This document shows positions 1 through 7,825 of a stretch of DNA of 51,137 nt, in pieces. Location: assembly GCA_016204335.1 (NCBI GenBank), contig JACQKU010000004.1, positions 1-51,137 of the forward strand. The letters run 5' to 3'. Origin of the DNA: Candidatus Liptonbacteria bacterium. Lineage in GTDB: Bacteria; Patescibacteriota; Minisyncoccia; UBA6257; 2-01-FULL-56-20. Within the stretch, counting starts at the first letter, position 1; every line of letters starts with the position of its first letter. Below the pieces are notes generated by a model. That model was not told where the DNA came from. It saw only the letters and a program-made list of their open reading frames with translations, and did not search any database. Position numbers and translations under genes: made by a program.

Positions 1-9
1 ATTTACTAC

Positions 10-47
10 TTACTATTATATCTTACGATCGTAAGATATAATAGTAA
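10..47. repeat. Perfect 38-bp palindrome TTACTATTATATCTTACGA|TCGTAAGATATAATAGTAA
   Basis: Arms 10-28 and 29-47 are exact reverse complements with no loop; contains TATAAT on both strands. Confidence 0.85.
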
Positions 48-63
48 ACTGCGATTTTAGAAA

Positions 64-786
64 TTAGTACCCTGAGAATTCTTCCGTTTTGATATCGTCA
101 TCGTCCACGCCGGCGTTGTTCAGCGTTTTCCGCATAGCCGCGACCATCGCTTGCGGTCCCGCAGAATAATAGATGGACCCCTGCAAATCGCCGAGATATT
201 TTTTCAGCATTGTGTTGTCGATATATCCGCGCTCGCCCACCCACGAAAAATCTCCATCGGCTACATCGGTCATCGTCGGAATGAATTTGTAATTCTGGTT
301 TTTAAGTTCAAGGTTTTTGAGTTCCTGAAAAAATGCCGCGTCTTTTGGTTGGCGGTTTGAATAGAAAAGAAAAATCTTGTGCGACAACTTTTTTTGCGCC
401 GCCTCAACGACAATCGAACGCGCCGGCGTAATCCCGATGCCACCCATCAGAAATACGGCGGGCCGTGAGACATTGCTGTGGAGCGTGAAATCGCCGAACG
501 GCCCTTCAATCTGCGCTTCGGCTCCGGCGGGCAATGTTTTCAAAATTCGTTTGAACGCCGTATCGCGCATTCGCATCGCTACCGTCAATTCCGGCTCGCA
601 CGGCGCGCTCGCAATGGAAAAAGCGCGGTTGTTGCCCTCTGCATCGGTCTCCGCCGGATTCAAAAGCGTCATCTCGACAAACTGCCCCGCCTTGAATTCA
701 AATTCCGTGGGCTTTTCAAAATGAAACGCCATCGTGCCGTCGGCGATTTCTTCGCGCTTTATAAATTTTATTTTGTGAAAAGCCAT
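64..786 (-). CDS. FAD/NAD(P)-binding ferredoxin reductase-family oxidoreductase
   Basis: RAFSIAS flavin motif, GPFGDF, GGIGITP NAD-binding motif, GPQAM and C-terminal EEF. Confidence 0.9.
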   Translation of the reverse strand: MAFHKIKFIKREEIADGTMAFHFEKPTEFEFKAGQFVEMTLLNPAETDAEGNNRAFSIASAPCEPELTVAMRMRDTAFKRILKTLPAGAEAQIEGPFGDFTLHSNVSRPAVFLMGGIGITPARSIVVEAAQKKLSHKIFLFYSNRQPKDAAFFQELKNLELKNQNYKFIPTMTDVADGDFSWVGERGYIDNTMLKKYLGDLQGSIYYSAGPQAMVAAMRKTLNNAGVDDDDIKTEEFSGY

Positions 787-792
787 CGCGGT

Positions 793-1338
793 TCACTCTC
801 GAACCTCTCTTTTCAGAAAAAGCGATAAAAGTATGATAAGCCCGAACGCAGTAAGCGCCATCGTTGGAATCGTGACGTATCCGTATTCGACAAAATAAAG
901 TATCTGGCAACTGACGCTGCCAGCCGGACAAAAGGCAAGCGACTCTCCGCCGAACTGGATATACGTATGGTAAAGAGCAATGAGAAATCCGATTCCGGAA
1001 AGCGCGAGCGCGTATTTCCTGACGCCAAAGTCCTTTTTGAGCAATGCAACGAATAAAATAACCGCCTGCGGATATAGAAAAATTCTCTGCCACCAGCATA
1101 AAACGCACGGCTCGAATCCGGCAATTTCAGAATAAAACAAACTGCTCGCGACGCCGGCGAATGAAATGATAAAAGAAAAAAGAATCGCGCGTTCCGCCAA
1201 AAAATCCGCGATGCGCCTTCCTTCTCTGCTTTGCCGGAAAGGGCTTACGAGAAAAATAATCAGAAATACTCCGAAAATTCCCCCGAGAAGCACGGTGAAC
1301 GACAGGACATCCGTGAAAGTTTGAACGAATGGCAACAT
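793..1338 (-). CDS. Disulfide bond formation protein DsbB/BdbC family
   Basis: PCVLCWWQRIFLYP motif, second Cys pair (CPAGSVSC), several TM segments. Confidence 0.88.
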   Translation of the reverse strand: MLPFVQTFTDVLSFTVLLGGIFGVFLIIFLVSPFRQSREGRRIADFLAERAILFSFIISFAGVASSLFYSEIAGFEPCVLCWWQRIFLYPQAVILFVALLKKDFGVRKYALALSGIGFLIALYHTYIQFGGESLAFCPAGSVSCQILYFVEYGYVTIPTMALTAFGLIILLSLFLKREVRE

Positions 1339-1341
1339 TGA

Positions 1342-1725
1342 TTATTGTTGAGGGAGCGCGCATCCGGTTTTTTCCGAAATGGTCGCGAACGGAATCTCGC
1401 CAGAAAGCCGTGAACCGTCTTTAAACACCCATGCTGGATAACCTCTAATGCCGTTCGCTATGCATACGGGGGTCTGTCCCGAGCCGCCGGGTAGAGAACA
1501 TTCGACATATGGAAGAAGCCGCGCCGAATTCCCGAACATCGCTTTTTGACTTTGGCAGCGCGGGCACCAGAACGCGCCGTAAAAAATCGCGCCGCTGTCT
1601 TTTATGCATTTTGCGAAATCGTCATATTTTCCAGGGGCAGCCGGCAAACTTCCCCAATACACGAATACGCCTATTATGGCCGCGACCGCGATAAAAATAT
1701 AGGTTCTCAATTTGAATTTCCTCAT
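1342..1725 (-). CDS. Membrane-anchored thioredoxin-like protein
   Basis: N-terminal TM; FYGAFWCPRC CxxC; GYP cis-Pro loop; resembles the Trx domain partnered with VKOR/DsbB. Confidence 0.8.
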   Translation of the reverse strand: MRKFKLRTYIFIAVAAIIGVFVYWGSLPAAPGKYDDFAKCIKDSGAIFYGAFWCPRCQSQKAMFGNSARLLPYVECSLPGGSGQTPVCIANGIRGYPAWVFKDGSRLSGEIPFATISEKTGCALPQQ

Positions 1726-1872
1726 ATCTCGGTTGTGGGCAAATTTTTACTTTGCTTCTATTTTCATACGCCGAAATGAACAGGTTGAGTATAACAAAAA
1801 ACCGTGCTGTGTATAAGTCGGTGCATGCTGATTATCATTTGATATAATTACGGAATAATCGTCATACTGCCT

Positions 1873-2430
1873 ATGTTTCAAGGAAAAATCATACAGATTC
1901 CGGAACCTCCAATTGCCCGTCTCATGTTCGCAGATACCCGTTTCGCGGTACTTTGGCTTTTGATTCGCCTTTATGTCGGCTGGGAATGGCTTCAAGCCGG
2001 CTGGGGAAAACTGGGCAGCGCGGCGTGGGTCGGCGACAATGCCGGCGCCGGGGTGCAGAAATTTCTTGAGGGCGCGCTCCAAAAAACCGCGGGGGCGCAC
2101 CCGGATGTTTCCGGATGGTACGCGGGATTTATCAACGCCGTCGCCCTGCCAAATACCGTTTTTATTTCATACCTTGTCACCTACGGGGAAATTGCGGTGG
2201 GAATCGGGCTGATTCTCGGAATTTTCACCGGCATAGCGGCGTTTTTCGGAACGTTTATGAATTTGAATTACTTATTCGCGGGAACCGTGAGCGTCAATCC
2301 GTTTCTTCTTCTCCTGCAGTTATTTTTGATTCTAGCGTGGAGAACGGCGGGATGGTTTGGTTTGGACAGGTATGTATTGCCGATGCTCGGCACTCCATGG
2401 CAACCGGGAAAAATATTTGCGAAAGAGTAG
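1873..2430 (+). CDS. DoxX family membrane protein (DoxD/TQO small subunit-like)
   Basis: RLYVGWEWLQAGWGK, GEIAVGIGLILG, GWFGLD motifs. Confidence 0.85.
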   Translation: MFQGKIIQIPEPPIARLMFADTRFAVLWLLIRLYVGWEWLQAGWGKLGSAAWVGDNAGAGVQKFLEGALQKTAGAHPDVSGWYAGFINAVALPNTVFISYLVTYGEIAVGIGLILGIFTGIAAFFGTFMNLNYLFAGTVSVNPFLLLLQLFLILAWRTAGWFGLDRYVLPMLGTPWQPGKIFAKE

Positions 2431-2472
2431 CTTAATCTGAAGCCCCGCCGTTGGCGGGGCAAGAACCCGTAA

Positions 2473-2505
2473 CGCAAAAACCCGCTTTTCAAGGCGGGTT
2501 TTGCG
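2473..2505. terminator. Hairpin between convergent doxX-like gene and tmRNA; probable terminator
   Basis: CGCAAAAACCCGC-TTTTCAAG-GCGGGTTTTGCG inverted repeat. Confidence 0.6.
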
Positions 2506-2518
2506 AACAGAGTTCCAG

Positions 2519-2864
2519 TGGAGATGGGCGGGTTGAACCGCCGTGTAAAGATTGAACCAATGAACCTTCTACGAGCGTAGCCCGCCGAAGCGGACAGGGT
2601 TTGCCTCGTTTGTTTTAACCGAGCACATAACGAAGCTTGTGTGTTTCGGCGAGTTCCCTTATATAAGACCGGCTTCTCGCTCAAGGAACCCGAGCGAACC
2701 GATCCTCCCTGCTTCGCTAAAAGCTTCGCAGGACGAGCCTGTTAGGCGTAAGCGAATGCGGGAGCTGCAACTTTTTGGTTGGCAGTTATGAAATTTTGTG
2801 AGTTTAACGAGTTCACACTCGGCTCGCCAATTCACGATTCATCTCTATCGAAACCGTCATCCCC
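2519..2864 (-). ncRNA. ssrA: tmRNA; predicted tag ANQKVAAPAFAYA*
   Basis: 5' GGGGATG pairs with 3' CATCTCC-A including the G3:U alanine determinant; T-arm GGCGGTTCAACCCGCC; ATAACT-GCC resume context and tag ORF ending FAYA-TAA; upstream TTGCTT-17-TATAGT promoter. Confidence 0.93.
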
Positions 2865-2972
2865 GAGACACAACTATAAGAGAAACCCGGCAAAAAAGCA
2901 AGTTTTGGCATACTGAAAATAGTTACACCCGCATTGAGCGAGCTGTAATCATTATTACGAAAATTGGAATTG

Positions 2973-3086
2973 CTATTTCTTCTTCATCGCCATCCCGCAA
3001 CACTTTCCGGCTTTGGAACCGCACCCTCCGCATCCCGAGCAGGAATAGCCCTTGCTCGCCTTTTTCACTGTTTTCTTTTTTCCCAT
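2973..3086 (-). CDS. 37-aa Cys/Lys-rich microprotein MGKKKTVKKASKGYSCSGCGGCGSKAGKCCGMAMKKK (not in ORF track)
   Basis: Translated by hand; five Cys; GKCCGM resembles short heavy-metal-binding motifs; upstream TGGTATAAT. Confidence 0.65.
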   Translation of the reverse strand: MGKKKTVKKASKGYSCSGCGGCGSKAGKCCGMAMKKK

Positions 3087-3222
3087 AGTTTTATTTCGAT
3101 TAACATTGTTTTCCGACCTTTTACTTTTTTATTATACCACCCGTGTCAAGTGCTTCCGCTTCTGTTTTTGCAAAAATGCGGTTGTCCTTGACCAGTGGCG
3201 CTGTTCGGAAACTTTGCTTAAT

Positions 3223-3319
3223 GTCATTGCAAGCGAGCAGGGCGAGCGCGCAATCTTTAAAAATACCCTGAGATTGCTTCGCTTTCGCCGAGCCAGACGC
3301 GACTTCGGCTCGCAATGAC
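3223..3319. repeat. Palindromic element, GTCATTGC...GCAATGAC family (copy 1)
   Basis: Terminal IR plus internal GCAATC/GATTGC; homologous copies at 5419-5502 and 18132-18193. Confidence 0.85.
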
Positions 3320-3356
3320 GAGTACTGGTTGACGAAAGTGCCGACTATACAGTATT

Positions 3357-3902
3357 ATGGACAAACGAAAAGGTGAAGTTTCGGTTCCACGAGCCATTAT
3401 TAGACCAAAAACCAACAATCAAATAACCGCGCCGGAACTCCGGGTTATCGGAGTAGAGGGCGAGAATCTCGGCGTGCTGTCGCTCGCGCAGGCGCTTGCC
3501 CTGGTCAGGCCCGGAGAAGGGATTGATTTGATTGAGATAGCGCCTGGCGCCAAACCGCCGGTAGCGCGGCTGATGAGCTTTGATAAATACCGCTATCTGC
3601 AGGAAAAGCTGGAAAAGAAGGCGAGGAGAGCGCAAAAAACAGCCGGAATAAAACAAATCCAGATAAGCGCGCGTGCCGCTCAAAACGACCTTATGATAAA
3701 AGTCCGGCAGCTCGAAAAATTTTTGGGCGAAGGTCACCGTGTGGAAATTATGCTTCGGTTGCGGGGGCGTGAACGGTTCGATAAAGGAAGAGCGCATCAA
3801 AAGCTGAAGGAATTCCTTCAAATGATAACGACCGAATATAAAATGTTGGCCGAACCGAAATTCGGCGGACGGGGCATGATGACCCACATAGCAAAAAAAT
3901 GA
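3357..3902 (+). CDS. infC: Translation initiation factor IF-3
   Basis: NNQITAPELRVIG, PPVARLMSFDKYRY, LRGRE motifs; precedes rpmI-rplT. Confidence 0.95.
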   Translation: MDKRKGEVSVPRAIIRPKTNNQITAPELRVIGVEGENLGVLSLAQALALVRPGEGIDLIEIAPGAKPPVARLMSFDKYRYLQEKLEKKARRAQKTAGIKQIQISARAAQNDLMIKVRQLEKFLGEGHRVEIMLRLRGRERFDKGRAHQKLKEFLQMITTEYKMLAEPKFGGRGMMTHIAKK

Positions 3903-4087
3903 AAAAGAGTTTATCAAATCGGATAAAAATCACACGGACCGGAAAGCTTACGCGGAGGTCAATGGCCGTAAATCATTTCCGCACCAGGAAATCCACCGCC
4001 AATATCCGCCAAAAAAAGAAACAGAGAGGGCTGAATTATCCAAGAAAAGAACTTTTGAGTTATCTCGCTTCCGGATTGCTTAAATAA
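3899..4087 (+). CDS. rpmI: 50S ribosomal protein L35
   Basis: RIKITRTGK motif; between infC and rplT. Confidence 0.88.
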   Translation: MKKSLSNRIKITRTGKLTRRSMAVNHFRTRKSTANIRQKKKQRGLNYPRKELLSYLASGLLK

Positions 4088-4098
4088 TTTTAAAAATC

Positions 4099-4237
4099 CA
4101 TGCCCGGTAGTGAAAATTCGACTGCTTTACTGTATAATCAAATAAAACAGTCGCAAAATACCCCTTTAATGCAACGCGAAAAATCAAAAGGTTAAAATTA
4201 TTACTAAAACTTAGTCGAATTTCTACTGCCGGGCATG
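4099..4237. repeat. MITE-like element with ~25-bp terminal inverted repeats; right end overlaps rplT start
   Basis: CATGCCCGGTAGTGAAAATTCGACT ... AGTCGAATTTCTACTGCCGGGCATG; same family at 4572-4629 and 29279-29401. Confidence 0.8.
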
Positions 4238-4582
4238 CCAAGAGTAAAACGAGGAAAAATCGCCCACAAGAAACGGGAACGCCTTCTTAAACATACCAAA
4301 GGTTTCCGCTGGGGCAGAAAATCGAAAGAACGCGCCGCCAAAGAAGCGCTTCTGCACGCCCTGCCGCGGATGTTTCGCGGCCGCAAAGAAAAAAAGCGGG
4401 TATTCCGCCGGCTTTGGAACGTGAAAATAAACGCCGCGAGCCGCGCAAACGATATGAGTTACAGCCGTCTGATTCCCGCGCTAAAAAGTAAGAATATTCT
4501 GCTCGACAGAAAAATCCTTGCCGACCTAGCGGAGCACGAACCGGCGGTGTTTGCAAAAATCGTGGAGTTTGCCAGGCAGTAG
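4235..4582 (+). CDS. rplT: 50S ribosomal protein L20
   Basis: MPRVKRG start, KKRVFRRLWNVKINAA, LDRKILADLA. Confidence 0.97.
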   Translation: MPRVKRGKIAHKKRERLLKHTKGFRWGRKSKERAAKEALLHALPRMFRGRKEKKRVFRRLWNVKINAASRANDMSYSRLIPALKSKNILLDRKILADLAEHEPAVFAKIVEFARQ

Positions 4583-4629
4583 AACTGCGACTGCAACAGA
4601 AAACGATGAGTCGCAGTTTCACTGCCTGG
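4572..4629. repeat. Short member of the CCAGGCAGT inverted-repeat family; contains the rplT stop codon
   Basis: CCAGGCAGTAGAACTGCGACT ... AGTCGCAGTTTCACTGCCTGG. Confidence 0.8.
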
Positions 4630-4663
4630 TTTGTGAAGACGTAAAACCGGCGGACAATCGAAT

Positions 4664-4981
4664 TTACCCTGCGATTTTAGCTCCTTCTTTTTCAAGCAGG
4701 GCTCTTTTTTTATCTGCGCCCCGGTTATAGCCGCCCAATTTCCCGCCGGACCGGATAACGCGGTGGCAGGGAATTTTCGGGTCAAAATTCTTTTTCAAAA
4801 TATTCCCTACGGCGCGATATGCCTTCGGTCTGCCGGCCCGGCGCGCAACTTCTTTGTAAGTAAAAACTTTTCCTTTCGGTATCAACCTCGCAACTGACAG
4901 AACCTTATTTCGAAAACTCTTATTTCCGCGTAAGTCAGCGTACATGTCCGCGTCGTTCCGCGCTTCGAAGAATGGTGTCAT
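4664..4981 (-). CDS. MGMT/Ogt-family methylated-DNA-protein-cysteine methyltransferase (DNA-binding domain only)
   Basis: IPKGKVFTY, RAVG, IPCHRV active-site motif; start may be 4945. Confidence 0.88.
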   Translation of the reverse strand: MTPFFEARNDADMYADLRGNKSFRNKVLSVARLIPKGKVFTYKEVARRAGRPKAYRAVGNILKKNFDPKIPCHRVIRSGGKLGGYNRGADKKRALLEKEGAKIAG

Positions 4982-5396
4982 AAGCTTGTTTTAAAATTTT
5001 CTGGTTTGCGCGGTACCTGTGTAGAATCCGCATCGCTTCCGGATATAAAAACCACGCGTATCCCTGATGTTCCGATGAAACTTTAACAAATGGCGTTCTC
5101 GTTTCGGCAAGATAGAAAATCACGATTTTGAAAACCGGCTGGCCCGCGTGCCTGAAAAAATACTTTTGGTACGCCTTGAAATTCTGGTTCATCCGCAAAT
5201 CCCCTTCGCCAAGTCCGGTTTCTTCCTTTGTTTCGCGGAACGCGGCGCGAAGCGATTTTTCCTCCGACTCGATTTTCCCTTTCGGAAAATTCCAGTAATT
5301 GTGTCCGTGGTACAGAATCAAAAATTTCGGCCCTTCGACGGTGCGGCGATACACGATGAATCCAGCCGATATTTCTTTTCTTGGTTTTTTTTCCAT
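4935..5396 (-). CDS. NUDIX hydrolase (Ap4A hydrolase-like)
   Basis: Nudix box GKIESEEKSLRAAFRETKEETGL, SSEHQGYAW; start reassigned to MEKKP at 5396, with TATAAT just upstream. Confidence 0.88.
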   Translation of the reverse strand: MEKKPRKEISAGFIVYRRTVEGPKFLILYHGHNYWNFPKGKIESEEKSLRAAFRETKEETGLGEGDLRMNQNFKAYQKYFFRHAGQPVFKIVIFYLAETRTPFVKVSSEHQGYAWFLYPEAMRILHRYRANQKILKQAYDTILRSAERRGHVR

Positions 5397-5418
5397 TATT
5401 ATTTGATTATACCTTACC

Positions 5419-5502
5419 GTCATTGCGAGGAGCAAAGCGACGAAGCAATCCAGAGATTGCCGCGCTTTCGCCGAGTCTGACTCGGCTTCGGCTCGCAATG
5501 AC
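5419..5502. repeat. Palindromic element, GTCATTGCGAG...CTCGCAATGAC family (copy 2)
   Basis: 11-bp terminal IR with internal hairpins. Confidence 0.85.
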
Positions 5503-5509
5503 GAAATTT

Positions 5510-7249
5510 TTACTTTTTTAAGTATCCAAACATCTTCTGTAACGGCCGCGCGTTGATGATATCGTTTCTGGTCGCCCATCCCCTTCGCGCCTGGGCAATA
5601 CCAAATTCAAGAAGCAAGAACTGCGCCGCGGCGTGAGCATCGGAATCGATAGCCATCTTAACGCCGGCTTCCACGCATTTTCTTATGTGTTCGTCTTTCA
5701 AATCGAGGCGTTCGGAAGCGTTTATTTCGAGAATCGTGCCGGTTTTTTTGGCGCACGCGATAATTTCATCGATATCCAAGTCGTACGCTTCCCGTTTCTG
5801 AACAATTCTGCCGGTCGGATGAAACAATATGTCAACGTGCGGATTCGCCATCGCGCGCTTTATCCGCTCGGTCTGCTCGGCTCTCGGCAAATTGAAATTG
5901 GAATGTACGGACACTCCGACAACGTCGAGTTTCGCGAGAATTTCGTCGGGCAAATCGAGCGAACCGTCTTTCAAAATATCGCATTCCGTGCCTTTCAGAA
6001 TTGTTATTTTTCCGCCGAATTTTTTGTTTAGCCGGTCTATCTCGCCCATTTGTTTCAAAATTCTTTTTTCGTCTAGCCCGTGCGTCATCGCGAGCCGTTT
6101 TGTATGGTCTGTAATGGCAATATATTTCAAGCCGCTCTTGATTGCTTCGTTCGCCATATTTTCAATTGAATCACTGCCGTCTGTCCAGTCGGTCTGCGTC
6201 TGCAAATCGCCTTGCAGGTCGTCATATCCGATGATTTTCGGCAGTTGATGCTTTTGAGCGAGTTCGATTTCGCCCGTGTTCTCCCGCATTTCCGGCTCGA
6301 TATAGTCCATTCCAAGCGTCCGATACAATTCCTCTTCAGTTTTTCCGGCTATCATTTTTCCTTGTCGCTTGTCACTTGTCGCATTGAACAGCCCGTATTC
6401 ATTCAACTTCCACCCTTTCTCAATCGCAATTTTCCGGAGCGCAACGTTGTGGTCTTTCGAACCGGTAAAATAATTGAGCGCCGCGCCGTACGATTCTTCC
6501 GGAACCACCCGTAAATCTACATCAAGCCCGGAAGAAAATTTGACCGCTGATTTTGTTTCGCCTTTAGCAATTATCCGGGCAACCTCCGGCATACTGGTAA
6601 AATAATCCATTACCTTTTCGGGCTTTTTCGAAATCGCGAGTATATCAATGTCGCCGATAGTTTCTTTTCTGCGCCGGACTGAACCCGCAACCACCGCTTT
6701 TTCAACTTCCGGAAGCTTCGCAAGCCGCTTTTCGAGCATTCTTGCAAGCGGCAAAGCGTTTCCGAGCAAAAATCTGCCTTCTCCCTTTTTGAGAAACCCG
6801 ATGCTCGCGAGAATATTCTCCTCGGTTTTTTTGCCGAAACCCTCGAGATTTCCGATTTTTCCGGCTTTCGCGGCTTTTTCCAGGTCAGCAAGATTTTTGA
6901 CGCCGAGTTTTTGATACAATTTTATGACTGACTTGGGGCCCAATCCCTCAATTCTCGTTAATTCTTGCAAATCAACCGGCGTTTTCTTTTTGAGTGAATC
7001 GTAGTATTTCAACCGGCCGGTTTTCAAAAGTTCTTCTATTTTTTCCGCGATTGAAACGCCGACGCCCGGAATTTCTTCGAGCGCTTTCAGTCCGCCCTTT
7101 TTATAAATATCTCCGGCTTCTTCTTCGAGCTCCTCGATGGTCAGGGCAACTTTCTCATAAGCGCGCGGCTTGAACGGAACATTCTGCATCGCGAGATATT
7201 CCCCGATTTCGTAAAGAATTTTCGCTATTTCGGAATTGGAGATGCTCAT
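5510..7249 (-). CDS. polX: DNA polymerase X family / PHP domain protein
   Basis: HhH motifs, GSVRR, GDIDIL, FTGS, LNEYGLF; C-terminal PHP (TDH, HPTGR, DSDAH). Confidence 0.95.
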   Translation of the reverse strand: MSISNSEIAKILYEIGEYLAMQNVPFKPRAYEKVALTIEELEEEAGDIYKKGGLKALEEIPGVGVSIAEKIEELLKTGRLKYYDSLKKKTPVDLQELTRIEGLGPKSVIKLYQKLGVKNLADLEKAAKAGKIGNLEGFGKKTEENILASIGFLKKGEGRFLLGNALPLARMLEKRLAKLPEVEKAVVAGSVRRRKETIGDIDILAISKKPEKVMDYFTSMPEVARIIAKGETKSAVKFSSGLDVDLRVVPEESYGAALNYFTGSKDHNVALRKIAIEKGWKLNEYGLFNATSDKRQGKMIAGKTEEELYRTLGMDYIEPEMRENTGEIELAQKHQLPKIIGYDDLQGDLQTQTDWTDGSDSIENMANEAIKSGLKYIAITDHTKRLAMTHGLDEKRILKQMGEIDRLNKKFGGKITILKGTECDILKDGSLDLPDEILAKLDVVGVSVHSNFNLPRAEQTERIKRAMANPHVDILFHPTGRIVQKREAYDLDIDEIIACAKKTGTILEINASERLDLKDEHIRKCVEAGVKMAIDSDAHAAAQFLLLEFGIAQARRGWATRNDIINARPLQKMFGYLKK

Positions 7250-7262
7250 TTCGAGTTCTCGG

Positions 7263-7808
7263 CTAATTCTTCATGCAGTTCTCTGCCGCTTGCGCAATTT
7301 TCTCGTTCCAGTTATGGCCGGCATCCACCTCAATAAGGTTAATGCCGTTTTGTTTAATAATCTCCGCCGATTTTTCATCGCAGAAATAATAATCGTTCTT
7401 ACCCCTTATAATAACAATCTTTTCTTTCGGAATTCTTCGGATAATAGCGAGCGTATCCATATTTAAAAGTTCCAAAACTTTCTGAAGTACGTAAGGCCAA
7501 TCTTGCATTGGAATCAATTTGTGTTTGTATCCCTCCTTTGTATCTTCAAAAATAAAGAATTTAATCCAACTCCAGAAAAATGCCATGGTAGTTCTTTTTC
7601 TGATAATGGGATTAACAAGGATATATGTGCCGCCACGAATAGAATTTTGTTGAGAAAGAATAAAGCTCGCTCCGGCGCTATGGCCGATATAGTAGTCGGC
7701 AACCGGAATATCCTGCGGGAAAGGTTTTAGCCAAATATCCACGCCGTCATATTTCAGGTAGTTCTTTACGTACTGAAATGAGGCCGGGAAAATTAAAACT
7801 TTCTTCAT
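7263..7808 (-). CDS. Putative alpha/beta hydrolase, AT-rich
   Basis: GHSAG nucleophile elbow, GKND, AGH; lower GC than neighbours. Confidence 0.6.
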   Translation of the reverse strand: MKKVLIFPASFQYVKNYLKYDGVDIWLKPFPQDIPVADYYIGHSAGASFILSQQNSIRGGTYILVNPIIRKRTTMAFFWSWIKFFIFEDTKEGYKHKLIPMQDWPYVLQKVLELLNMDTLAIIRRIPKEKIVIIRGKNDYYFCDEKSAEIIKQNGINLIEVDAGHNWNEKIAQAAENCMKN

Positions 7809-7825
7809 TGTTCAAGTTTTTTTAG

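Noticed and set aside
3130-3149. TTGACA and TATAAT as a -35/-10 pair
   Set aside because: Only 7 bp apart; just the extended -10 is credible
3223-5502. Repeated palindromes as a CRISPR array
   Set aside because: Copies are dispersed and variable, with no regular repeat-spacer period and no cas genes
5397-5579. N-terminal extensions of ORF-track calls (NUDIX here; also LOG to 16250, DUF4258 to 26770, tsaE to 31606, PBP from 38740)
   Set aside because: Extensions overlap neighbouring genes, repeats or terminators; internal ATGs fit the family N-termini better
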